64,000 nucleotides of DNA, taken from assembly GCA_032718475.1 (NCBI GenBank), contig JAUCBJ010004612.1:23534-87533 (forward strand). Reading direction: 5' to 3'. Both the position numbers and the translations under genes were made by a program. Every line of letters starts with the position of its first letter. Within the stretch, counting starts at the first letter, position 1. Shown here in pieces: positions 40,069-50,251 of the stretch. The notes beneath the pieces were generated by a model. It did no database searches and was not told the origin of the DNA. It worked only from the letters and a program-made list of their open reading frames with translations. Origin of the DNA: Nemertoderma westbladi (lineage: Eukaryota; Animalia; Xenacoelomorpha).

Positions 40069-40528
40069 ATGTTATCTACAGAGGACCTTGATATGTTTCC
40101 AGTGGGTGGTCACTGGTCACTATTTGGGAGCGTTTTCATCTAACAAATTACCTAAATTAGATAATAATAAGCGGAGAGATTATGGGTTAATAGTAAACAC
40201 CAATAAAGAGCATCTACCCGGGGTTCATTGGATAGCTATATATATACGAGATAATGAGGCTGAATTATTTAATTCATTTGGACCAAAATATCCAAACAGA
40301 TGTATTGAAAAATGGCTTGAGAAAAATTCAGCAAGTTGGCGTACTACCCGGAAACAATTTCAAGACCCCAGGAGGACCACATGTGGATTATACTGTCTTT
40401 ATTACTTGGTAAATCGAATTCACACAAACTATCCAATGAGAGCGTTTACAAATAATGTGGAAATAAATGAAATAATATTATATAAATGGCTTGTTAATTA
40501 TTATAAAATAAACCAACAAGCGTTGTAA
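40069..40528 (+). CDS. adenain-like (C5) cysteine maturation protease, probable N-terminal frameshift
   Basis: YLGAFSSNKLP, IVNT...PGVHWIAI, LFNSFG, QFQ...TTCGLYC. The nearest ATG (40069) is out of frame with the 40088-40528 ORF. Confidence 0.9.
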
Positions 40529-40559
40529 TTAATCATTTAACTTTTGTTTATCAGATAAA

Positions 40560-41159
40560 ATGGATAATATTATTTTTGTTGATTTTCAATATTATACGAT
40601 AGACAATAAGGAATATCCGGTAGTATTTAAAGAATTTGCTATATTCGATTCTAATTACAACAAAACTAATGTAAAGACATTTTTAATTAAAGGTCCACCT
40701 AATATTAAGTTATCAGCATTAGATAAAGCTCACGTAAACAATTTACGAGACATGACTTCGTATTTACCTTGGGATTACAGTGTCATTTCGCAAGATGATT
40801 TTAAAAAGTACATGAAGAGACATTTAAAATATAAAAAAAATATACATGTATTTGGGTTGATGAAGCGGGCAATATTAGTTTCCCAACTTGATGTTCTCGC
40901 ACCAAATTCGATGGAGAAATTGTGGATATATCAATATCAGCGATATTACAACTATTTAACCCCCTGTCGCTTCCATAATCAATTTATTACAGTAGAAAAT
41001 AAATGTGCTTTCCACTTAAACACAAGGGATAACTGTCTGCGGTACTGCTCTGCAAAACGAGTCGGAGGGTTTGAATTGAAACAATTTTTCGTGAGAAAGC
41101 GTTTAACTGACACTGATGATAAACAGAAAGAAATAACTGCGGTGAATGATGTACAGTAG
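40560..41159 (+). CDS. DEDD/RNase H-fold exonuclease-like Polinton accessory protein
   Basis: IIFVDFQ...VFKEFAIF...FLIKGP...LPWD, and C-terminal CxxH-x8-YCSA resembling DEDD-like proteins of Polintons. Catalytic set looks degenerate. Confidence 0.5.
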   Translation: MDNIIFVDFQYYTIDNKEYPVVFKEFAIFDSNYNKTNVKTFLIKGPPNIKLSALDKAHVNNLRDMTSYLPWDYSVISQDDFKKYMKRHLKYKKNIHVFGLMKRAILVSQLDVLAPNSMEKLWIYQYQRYYNYLTPCRFHNQFITVENKCAFHLNTRDNCLRYCSAKRVGGFELKQFFVRKRLTDTDDKQKEITAVNDVQ

Positions 41160-41658
41160 GTTTACTCTAAGCATGTAATGTGATGGGATAATATAATTGT
41201 TTTAATGTCAATAAAAATAATAAAAACATTAAAATCTATTTTTTTATATCTCAGTTTGACTGAAGGTGTAGGGCTTAAGTTTACACTCACAAACACACCG
41301 TACCTACCGGTAGCCGGCTGTTGTATCAGAGTTTAACTCAGTAGCTAGCCGGCTTTACACATACAGTCATATAGCAACAACGCTAAACTGTAGAACGGCA
41401 GAATGGCACCCCTTTCTAGAGTGACAGCACCCACAGGGCTTTAGCGTTACTTACTAATAATAAAATTAAATTAACCTGACATGAGGTTCGTGAATGCAGC
41501 ATTAGAGGGGCCCACCTAACAATAGGCCTACTGGTACCAGCACTGTAGCTCTCTTGTAACTGTATACTTGGATAGAGCAAGGGCATGCAGGTTTCTTTGA
41601 TTTAAGGATTACGCTATTACACTTGAATGCTTCCAATTTTCTGTTTACAACTTTAATT

Positions 41659-41848
41659 GCTACTACTGTTGCATAGGCAAGCCTATACAGCTATAGTTAA
41701 CTTTATGTGGCCCCCTTTTTCGAATGTTGACTCAATATGGTTGGTCTAATCTACATTACTGTGGGCTACTACTGTTGCATAGGCAAGCCTATACAGCTAT
41801 AGTTAACTTTATGCGGCCCCCTTTTTCGAATGTTGACCCAATATGGTT
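41659..41848. repeat. 84-bp direct repeat (2 copies, period 106)
   Basis: GCTACTACTGTTGCATAGGCAAGCC...AATATGGTT at 41659-41742 and 41765-41848. Confidence 0.95.
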
Positions 41849-42198
41849 TACAGTTAACCTTTAGAACTCACACTAGGCGCACCTTCATTCGGTTAGGCAT
41901 ATAGGCCTAATCACTACTCCTCAACTGAAAGCCGCCTAGCACATTGATACAATAGGTGTGGCTAGCAATATATAAAATTCACTGCTCCCAAGTTCATTCA
42001 TCCACTTCATGTTGTAGGCCTATAGGCCTATAAAACATAGTTAGTTTATTTATGTATTCGCTTTTTTTTTAATTAGATATAAAATATAAAATATACAATA
42101 CAATACAAAAACCTACTGATACCGGTAACACACATTAACCCTCTACCTAACAGACGTGACTAATTATATAGGCCTATGAGTCTACTTGCTGTACGAGT

Positions 42199-42552
42199 CT
42201 ACTGACGTATTCTCGGATCAGATGGAAGTAGTAGAGTTGGTGTTGGAACTGGAGCTGCTGCTATATCTTCATGTTCATCCCAGTTCTCTCCCCTACTATA
42301 ATTGTCCAGACTTATCTGATGCGCTTCTCCAGGTTGTACTCTAACGTTTAAATTGAAGTTTTTATTGGTCGTCAATGTGGTTTGGTGACCTTGGCTGCCG
42401 CTGGTTTTATTTTTAATCATTATTGTTATTTCACCGTTGTTATTTTTTAAATGTAATTCAGTTACATTTAATGATGTAAAATAAAGGTCGTCTCCATCAA
42501 CATCAAATTTTAATAAACAGTCGCCGATATTTTCAATGAAAGAAAATGCCAT
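42199..42552 (-). CDS. Polinton hypothetical protein (~117 aa from MAFSF)
   Basis: ORF with beta-rich N-terminus. ATG in good context is preceded by CCAACAT repeats. No known motif. Confidence 0.5.
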   Translation of the reverse strand: MAFSFIENIGDCLLKFDVDGDDLYFTSLNVTELHLKNNNGEITIMIKNKTSGSQGHQTTLTTNKNFNLNVRVQPGEAHQISLDNYSRGENWDEHEDIAAAPVPTPTLLLPSDPRIRQ

Positions 42553-43297
42553 CTTGGATGTTGGTGTTGGATGTTGGATGTTGGTTGATTGATAGAAGGA
42601 TTGTCGGAACTGAAGTTTGTTGAGGTTAGTTTTTTTTTTTTTTTTCAAATATGAAGATAAGTTAGGCCTAGTCTATACCAGTATTTATTTTTTTATTTTA
42701 CGGTAGGGAAACAAAATTATAGTTCACTGTTAGAAAAATTGAGTTTATATATATTTTTGTAGAGGGTCGCAGATGTTTAGATTACAAAATTCTCATAGTT
42801 AACAAAATGCACAACATAAACCTTTCCCATGCAGATTAGTTAGCGATATATGCTCTGTTCGTTGTTCTATTCTGAATGTAGGGAGATGCATAGCTGATGT
42901 TTTAATAATATGTACCAGTATACAGACTAGTAACAGATAGGAGGGCATCGTCTTTGACTATGAATACCAGCACATAGCCCTAATCTATTCTCACCGAACT
43001 TAGCGTTGCCTGCTGCACACACGCACACTCATAAGTAACAGATGCGCTATTGTAGCTCACTCGTGAGCAGCGATGCTTAGTTAGCTAGCTAGCTACTGCC
43101 ACTGAGTATACTATGCCTACTTGAGTGTTACAAGCAATCGCTCTACTGAAGTTAGTTAGTTAGTTAATTTCCCCCAACTAGTTGTTGATTTTAAAAAAAT
43201 ATTCATAAATTTTTTTCCAGCCAAATTTAATATATATTTTACAGTAAAAATCTCCACCACCAAACAGCAACAACAACAACAATAAATTTCACTCGCA

Positions 43298-43879
43298 CTA
43301 ATTATATTTTACATCAAAAACCCTCGCACCAAACAATAATAAATTATTAACCAGTTTGTTGAATATAGGATAATATATATGAAATTTAAACGGGGAACAC
43401 ATTAATGTACATTTACCAGTGTAGAAGCAGCAAACAACAACAATATTATTTATTCTGACTTTACAGTTATTGAATATTTTGGGCTCGTATGAAATTTCTA
43501 GTTTAACATTATCAAATATAACATAAAACCCGATATTGTTTATAAGTAACCTATAAATTACGGTATCGATACTAAAAATATAAGTACACAAATTGATTGA
43601 TTTAAAAATCAAATTAATGTTTGTTTTTTCGAATATATGCTTTTTCACTTTATTAAAATTATATTTTCTACCGAGAATTGTTATTCGTCCATTTGTAAAC
43701 ATTAATATGGTTGCACCAAATACCTTATATATAAACTGATTAGGTTTGAGTACAATTTTACCAGTCAATTGATTTTTTAATTCTTTTAAATTAAGTCCAT
43801 AAATGATCTGCTTACAACTTATATTTTTATTTACTATTTGATAATTCATCATCAACACCATCGTCTTTTGGTTCTTCAT
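43298..43879 (-). CDS. TATA-box-binding protein (TBP)-like protein
   Basis: Two TBP-type repeats: QIVN...LNLKEL...TILMFTNGRITILGRK (cf. TBP QLQN...LDLKTI...TALIFSSGKMVCTGAK) and SYEPKIF...VVCCFYTGKCTL (cf. SYEPELF...VLLIFVSGKVVL). About 185 aa, the size of the TBP core. Confidence 0.78.
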   Translation of the reverse strand: MKNQKTMVLMMNYQIVNKNISCKQIIYGLNLKELKNQLTGKIVLKPNQFIYKVFGATILMFTNGRITILGRKYNFNKVKKHIFEKTNINLIFKSINLCTYIFSIDTVIYRLLINNIGFYVIFDNVKLEISYEPKIFNNCKVRINNIVVVCCFYTGKCTLMCSPFKFHIYYPIFNKLVNNLLLFGARVFDVKYN

Positions 43880-46800
43880 AAATTGGTATATTTGATAATT
43901 TTATAGGTTTTTTGAGGTTTGTTTTATAGTGCCCCCAAGGAAGTGATTGATTTTTATTAACCCAATAAAGTTTATCATCAAAGCTACTGAGTGCAAATTT
44001 ATTTTGCTTTAAGGTATAAATACGATGTAATTTAGATTGAAATCTGTGTATGTTTTTTTTATTTCTTCATTTGAGTTATATGCTTTTAAATATTCTTCAT
44101 GTGTAATATTCGTTTCCACAACAGCTCTTGTAATACCTTTTGCTCTACGAATATTTTTGTTATTCCATTCCAAAATTGAATATAATTTTGGTCTTAAAAA
44201 TACTGCTTGTTTAATTTCACGTGAAGCTAGTTCATCTTTACAGTAATAAAGTCTCGATTTATTTTTATCGCTGTAGAGAGGGTGATCCTTAGGGTAATTG
44301 GATGTATCTAAAAAATTATTTTTAATTAATGCTTTTAAAAAATTATTCTGCGATGTATTATAGTAACAACCTATTAAAGAGTCGGTATCTGATGCAGCAA
44401 TTTCAATACGGCAGTTTAATTCTTTCTCAATAGGTAGCAATTTATTGTAGAACAGCTCATACATATCCAATTTAGCCAAGTCCAACACAGTGCTACCAAT
44501 AAATATAGGCTTATCGAGAGTTACAGAGTCTTTCACTAATAAATGTCCCGATAATGTATTATTGTATATTATAAATTGTTCATGATTAATACGATTTACC
44601 AATTGGTCGCATTTATCAAGGCTATTTGCGATACGAAAGTTACATCGATCTCTTATCTTTTCTATTGATTTACCAAATAACGAATTATTAAGCAATTTCG
44701 CGACAGCTGTTTCAATGTAACTTTTTGCTAGTCGCCTTTGATTAATATTAAAATCTATGTAATTTTTAAATACAAATTCTTGTTGAAAAGAATATAATTT
44801 ATGTAGTTTAGTAACAATTAATCCATGTTTTATATAAAATTTTAACAGTTTCAAATGTAAATGATAAAACTCTTTATCAAATTGCATCAGCAAGAGTTTT
44901 GGTATAGGCATCCTATATTTACAGGAGGTACCTCTTTGTATCAATAAGTTATTAAATTGTTCCCTCATATAAGGTGAATGCATTGATTCATTTATACTTA
45001 AATGCTCTGGAGCTAACGGTAATTGTAATGTTTGATCGTGAATAGCTTTGGGATAATTTAAATCACATATTAAAAAATATCCAGTAGATCCATCAATGTC
45101 TAAATCTACCAAGTACTCGATTAGTTTTTCTGGAATTGCATTCTCTAAATGTTTAATACTTACTTCTTTGAATTGTGAGGTGGGTAGTTTTTTACTTAAA
45201 TTCCCAGAATATAAAGAGTTGAAATCAATATTAAAAATATGGCATTCTTCCTTAGTAGAATCATATGTACTTGTTCCTGGTATATTTGATTCTATATAAT
45301 GCTTTCGACAAAATGAAACACCACCCCTAATTGATTTTTCAAAATCTCTATATGTCTGATAATCCTTTATTAATTCTATTTTACATTTATTATATTTTAG
45401 TGCGCAATCATAGGTAAATGACGCGATACTACAGTAAAAAACCGCTTCTAAATCGTAATTTTGTTTACAAACATTCCTAAAATTCTCAAATATATCAGCA
45501 AGCAAACAAACATCGAGTTTTAAATAGGCTAAAAGATAATCTTTGAGATTCACACAGTCGAATTGTACCCATGATAATTCCGCAAACCTATAATCTTCAA
45601 TTGTGCATGTTTTTTGACTTAAGTTACTAAAAAAATTATTTATAGACGGCAAACCAGTATCATTAAATTTATTTATATTTGTCAAGTACTCGTATGGAAA
45701 TACTCCTTTCCGTTTAATTGTTGAGTTATTCAAGTTTGGATAAAAATATTTCATTTCTTGTAGAGTAATAGGTAAAATTGAGCTTATATCATGACTCGCT
45801 ACATCCTTTGTTGAACACTCAACTAAATTACTTAAAGAAAAGCTTAAAAATTGATATGTGTCTAAGAAACGTAACTCAATTTTTTTAGAAGTGTTTTTAA
45901 TTGGGATAAAAGCACTCAGTGAAATATATCGTTCTGTATTTCTCGGTATAACCTTTATATCCCAATCTGTGTATTTCTTATCTCTAAATCCGGTTTGTAA
46001 TATACAATGTATATCATAATTACTGGAATTATGCCCGCAAAGTACATACAGGTATCGTTTCAATGATAAACTTCGGTTACAACTATTACAGGCTGCCGCA
46101 ATATATTTACCTGTAATATGTGAATGATGTCTGTTTTTCCCTACATTATTATTTAAAGTAACATTACAATAGAAACAAAATTTTGCTTGTTCAAAATTTA
46201 CAAAATCAATATTAGTAAATGACATAGTTTTATGAGTGTATATTTCTGACCAACAACATAATTCAGTTAAATCAGTATATAATGAATCTAAGAAATCTTG
46301 AATACAATTATTATTATTTGACTTTACGAATGTTTTCAAACGACATTTTGGAGCATCAATTAATTCAGTATTGGGAACAATTAAATAACTCACAGCACAC
46401 GGTATATGCTCCTGTTAAATTTGATTATTAACTGAAGGTTGTAAGATACATTCTATATCAAAGTAGGTGACAAACAATGGGGATAAAGTTCTATCTAAAT
46501 TTGTAAAACTAATGTGTGTTCTTTTTTTATTAGGTAGTTTCTCTCGTTGACTTCTTCCTTGGTAGCATGCGAGACGGTGTCGATGAAGAACTTCCGCTCG
46601 AAAAAAATGAGCCAAACACCTTTCACAATATTTCCTATTCCCGATATGAAGAGCTCTCGTATTCAGCAATCGATTCAAGTTAGTTATGCAAACATAATGA
46701 TTCAGTTTAGGTACATTGTTATTTTTTACTACAAGTAATATATTTAATAACTGTTTATCAGGTGTAATTTTACTAAACGGAGGTTGTCTTAATATAGATA

Positions 46801-47885
46801 CAGGGGTGCGTTTGTTGTCGTTATTCCAACATAGTAAATTAATTATATATTTTGAATTTTGTTTTTCAAAAAGTTTAATCGCTAACTGCCACTCTGTTGG
46901 ATAATCATTTTTCCCGTTGTCAAAAATGAAATGACTCATATAATTTTTGTACGACGAAGTAAGCTGTTTGTTGTTTTTCACTTTGCTACCAAATTTTGCG
47001 GTTATAATAGCCCATTTGAAACAGTCATTATCAGCCGTTTGTATATTTATTATACAATTTTTACCTGATAGAGCCTTAGGTAATTCCATATATCCATGCC
47101 CCTTATATAGTAACGACCTACACTTAGATTCAGCTAATTTAATTTCAACCCTTAATAAAGATTTAATACGCCACCCTGAACCACGTGTGTTAAAGATGGC
47201 TATTTTTTGTAATATATTTTCCACCACATACTCAAACCATGTGTCAAAACTTTGTGATGAATCTACAGTATTAATAGCACCACCAGAAGAATTAAAATAA
47301 AAAGTTTCCAATTGCTCGCCTTCTGAAAAAATGTGATCTGTACATTAATACATTTAGACCTAACCACAGTCTAAGAACATTCATTTCTTTCAATCTATCT
47401 AATATTAACTGAAGAATATTACCTCGAATTTGCGTTAATGCTGTTTCTACATCGGGATAATCTCTAGAAGTTGGGAGGTCATGGACATAAATTTCAAGAC
47501 GATTATCGTGAGCTTCTTGTTCCCGCGTAAAAATTGTTGCGCATGTACCAAGAGCCACCCTTAATTTTTTTCTGGATAATATATTTTTATGTTGCGAAAA
47601 TTTACGCTTTCTTGTGTAGTAACATTTCAAGTGACAATCGTGTTGTAAATAATTCTCATATGTATACTTTTTATTAAAGGTAGAATAAGTCAATTGATAG
47701 GTACGGAACTCCATTTCTTTACAACCAGTAGTTGATTCATGTCGTTTACAAATTTCGCTGCATGAAGTCACGACATGACACTTAAAACAAGAATAACCTT
47801 CAAAATGTGACCGTAGGTGGCGTAAATAATTATGTCTAGTTACATTCATATGACAGAATGAACAACATATTGTTATTTTATCCAT
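43827..47885 (-). pseudogene. polB: protein-primed family B DNA polymerase, three lesions
   Basis: N-terminal C2H2-like fingers; GSGW; INIQ...DCFKWAI; YFDIECIL; HNSSNYDIH; FLDTYQF; KGVFPYEY; DFNSLY; KLLNNSLFGK; SDTDS. C-terminus ALSSFDDK...LPWGH appears after a homopolymer frameshift (~44055). Also a frameshift at ~47300 and an in-frame TAA at 46415. Confidence 0.95.
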
Positions 47886-48033
47886 GCTGAAGTTTGTTTA
47901 GATAAATAATAATAATAATAATAATAAAATATCTCCAAAGATTAAAATAAAATGAAATGAAATGATATTGACTATATCTAAACATTTATATGCTAGCGAG
48001 TGAAATAATTTTAAACCAATCACCAAACACCAA

Positions 48034-49146
48034 TCACCAATCGCCTATGGGTATTGGAAACCTCAAAGAGTTTAACTTATGATCAATGTTAGGATAATAA
48101 TCTGGTTTCCATGGAGAATTAGTAACTGGATCTACTGGAGCTGGGTTAACAGCAACTTTCTGTTTCTTTGTAGGTGATGCGTTGGTAAATTTACTCGATG
48201 ATCTTGGCTTCCGAGGTAATATTTCAGGAAAGACCTGTTGCGGTTGAGAGCAACTCTCTCCAACATCCGGATTAGGTGATGGGATCTCTACGAATGCTTT
48301 AGGTTTATCCAAAAGGACAAAACCATCTACATTGGCTTCAATAAGAGAAACGCCATCCATAGCCTCTTTGAGAAAACTAATATGGGCTTTATCATTCAAG
48401 TAATGCAACTCAATAGAATTTCCACCTGCTCCTACTTCAGTAGAATTATCGGTGTTGGTGATAATAATTTTTTTATTATTGGTTTTAATCATTTTGAGAC
48501 GGTCTGATAATTGAATGATATTTTTATCAAAAAGATGCTTGTCTGGTTCATCAATTTGAGTGTCCCACTCTCGCAACAAAACGGTTAGTTCCTGATTTGA
48601 CAAATTGAAACCCGTATAATAGTCAAAACCAACACTATCAGCGTATCTGATGCTGATTTTCCATAAGCCAACATAGTTGGTTCCTTTAAAAGCTGTTACA
48701 AATCCAATAAACTCTGGATTTGATAATTCAATGTAGAATTGATCGCTAATAATCTCTAGCGGTGGAGAGAGAAATTGCAATAATTTCCCTCTGTATTGAA
48801 TTAGAACTTCAGTAAAAGCTTTGTTGAGGACTTTACATTTGCCTTGTTTCTGAACGTAAACATCACCCGATGTGGGGTTGATAGAAATATTCAAATTTCC
48901 CCGCGCAAAACGAAGAGCAGCATATATCCTACCTGGTATAATTGCTGGTCTGGATTGATGTTGGTTTTTGGTTGTTGTTTCTAGAATGTCTAGCAAATAG
49001 CGGGTATCTTGATGGGAAAAACAAATTGATTCGTTGTCCTCCTGAGATTCCACAATAAAATATTTGCTGTGAACGGCGGTACAAGTATATTTATTGTAAG
49101 TAAATTTCCAGCTATTTGTTGCTCCGGTTTTTTGCGTTAAGGCCAT
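48034..49146 (-). CDS. 370-aa protein with a PC4/Sub1-like ssDNA-binding domain and C-terminal NLS
   Basis: FVTAFKGTNYVGLWK-x13-TGFNLSNQELTVL resembles PC4 VSVRDFKGKVLIDIREY...KGISLNPEQWSQL. PTKKQKV resembles an SV40-type NLS. Confidence 0.6.
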   Translation of the reverse strand: MALTQKTGATNSWKFTYNKYTCTAVHSKYFIVESQEDNESICFSHQDTRYLLDILETTTKNQHQSRPAIIPGRIYAALRFARGNLNISINPTSGDVYVQKQGKCKVLNKAFTEVLIQYRGKLLQFLSPPLEIISDQFYIELSNPEFIGFVTAFKGTNYVGLWKISIRYADSVGFDYYTGFNLSNQELTVLLREWDTQIDEPDKHLFDKNIIQLSDRLKMIKTNNKKIIITNTDNSTEVGAGGNSIELHYLNDKAHISFLKEAMDGVSLIEANVDGFVLLDKPKAFVEIPSPNPDVGESCSQPQQVFPEILPRKPRSSSKFTNASPTKKQKVAVNPAPVDPVTNSPWKPDYYPNIDHKLNSLRFPIPIGDW

Positions 49147-49210
49147 AATAATAATAATAAATATGAAAAATATTATAAGTGATAAATTTTAAACCGTATC
49201 GCTGTAATAA

Positions 49211-49491
49211 ATTGACACCATAGTTCTCACTCTAAAATTGTGTTTGGATGTAAGGAAGAATTTATAGTATCGATGAATAAATATTCATTCATCGATACTA
49301 AAAATTCTCCCTCACATCCAAACGAGATTTCCTTTGAGTTACATAATTACATTTAGAAACCCAATGTGGGAATCAGTATCATTTATTCGAGTGATTCCGA
49401 CCAATGAATATACAACGAGTAAGATAATGTAGAAATTATTAAGGAAATAACACAATTTCAGAGTGAGAACAAAAAATTAGATATGGTATCA
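49211..49491. promoter_or_regulatory. nested inverted repeat / fold-back structure upstream of the PC4-PolB-TBP gene block
   Basis: Inner arms 49242-49278 and 49287-49323 (~37 bp, 3 mismatches). Outer arms 49211-49244 and ~49449-49491. Confidence 0.6.
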
Positions 49492-49820
49492 ATATATTAC
49501 CATGAAGATTACAAGTGATGAATTTTAACAAAAACATTCAGTTATATATAAGTTTCTGAATACGTATGGATGTGGCATAATCAATGTAGAAGAGATGGGA
49601 TGTGGCATAATCAATGAATAAGAAAAGAGATGGGTTGCAATGTGGATGAATGGTTGCGTGGATAGGAAATACGTGAAAGAATATGAATCATTGGGTTGTG
49701 CGTAATAATAATCAATAATTATAATAAAAACGCACAGTATAATGTTAGTAGTAGCCTTTCAATATGGCACAGATGCTGAGGGATCGGTTAGCTTGAGTAA
49801 CTACTATGGAAATGTGAGAA

Positions 49821-50251
49821 CGTGTAGTTGACGCGTGGCGGAATTTCATGTATCATACTGGCTGGTTGGTTGGTTTGTTGGTTTGGCGACAGCAGTCGAG
49901 GAGTTGGCAATCGATATAATATAATATATAATATGCGTGATGCGTGTAGATGGCCACGTCGTCATTGTCGTCACCATATACAGTATACAGTGGTGGTAGC
50001 GTGGCGGTGGTGGTGGTGGTAACGTGGCGAAAAGGTGAATAACATTAGGGTTAGTTAGTCAGTAGTCGAGTAAGGCGGGCATCGCGAGGTTAGGCTATGC
50101 TACGATTGGTTGATGGCAACTGCCGATGGTGACATATGGCGCGCTCCGCAATTTAGCACCGGAATTTGGCATTTTGTAAAGGCCTCCGAATGGAATGCCC
50201 ATAGCCCAAGCTAGGGAGGACTATGGTGGGGACACTTCTTCTCCTACTACT
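49821..50251 (-). repeat. Polinton right terminal inverted repeat
   Basis: Reverse complement of the left TIR; ends CTACTACT followed by TSD TACGCC. Confidence 0.95.

Larger units (their letters stand above)
30514..50251. mobile_element. Polinton/Maverick (adintovirus-like endogenous DNA virus), full length, 19.7 kb including one MITE
   Basis: TIRs AGTAGTAGGAGAAGAAG... / ...CTTCTTCTCCTACTACT; 6-bp TSD TACGCC at 30508-30513 and 50252-50257; INT, ATPase, mCP, MCP, protease and pPolB genes. Confidence 0.97.

Noticed and set aside
43298-43879. Host TBP/TRF gene or processed pseudogene
   Set aside because: Far too divergent from the highly conserved cellular TBPs, same AT-rich composition as the element, overlaps the PolB end and lies inside the TIRs.
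30514-50251. Bacteriophage/prophage or contaminant contig
   Set aside because: rve integrase, adenain, 6-bp TSD and insertion in a eukaryotic retrotransposon, plus a host MITE inside, show a genuinely endogenous Polinton.
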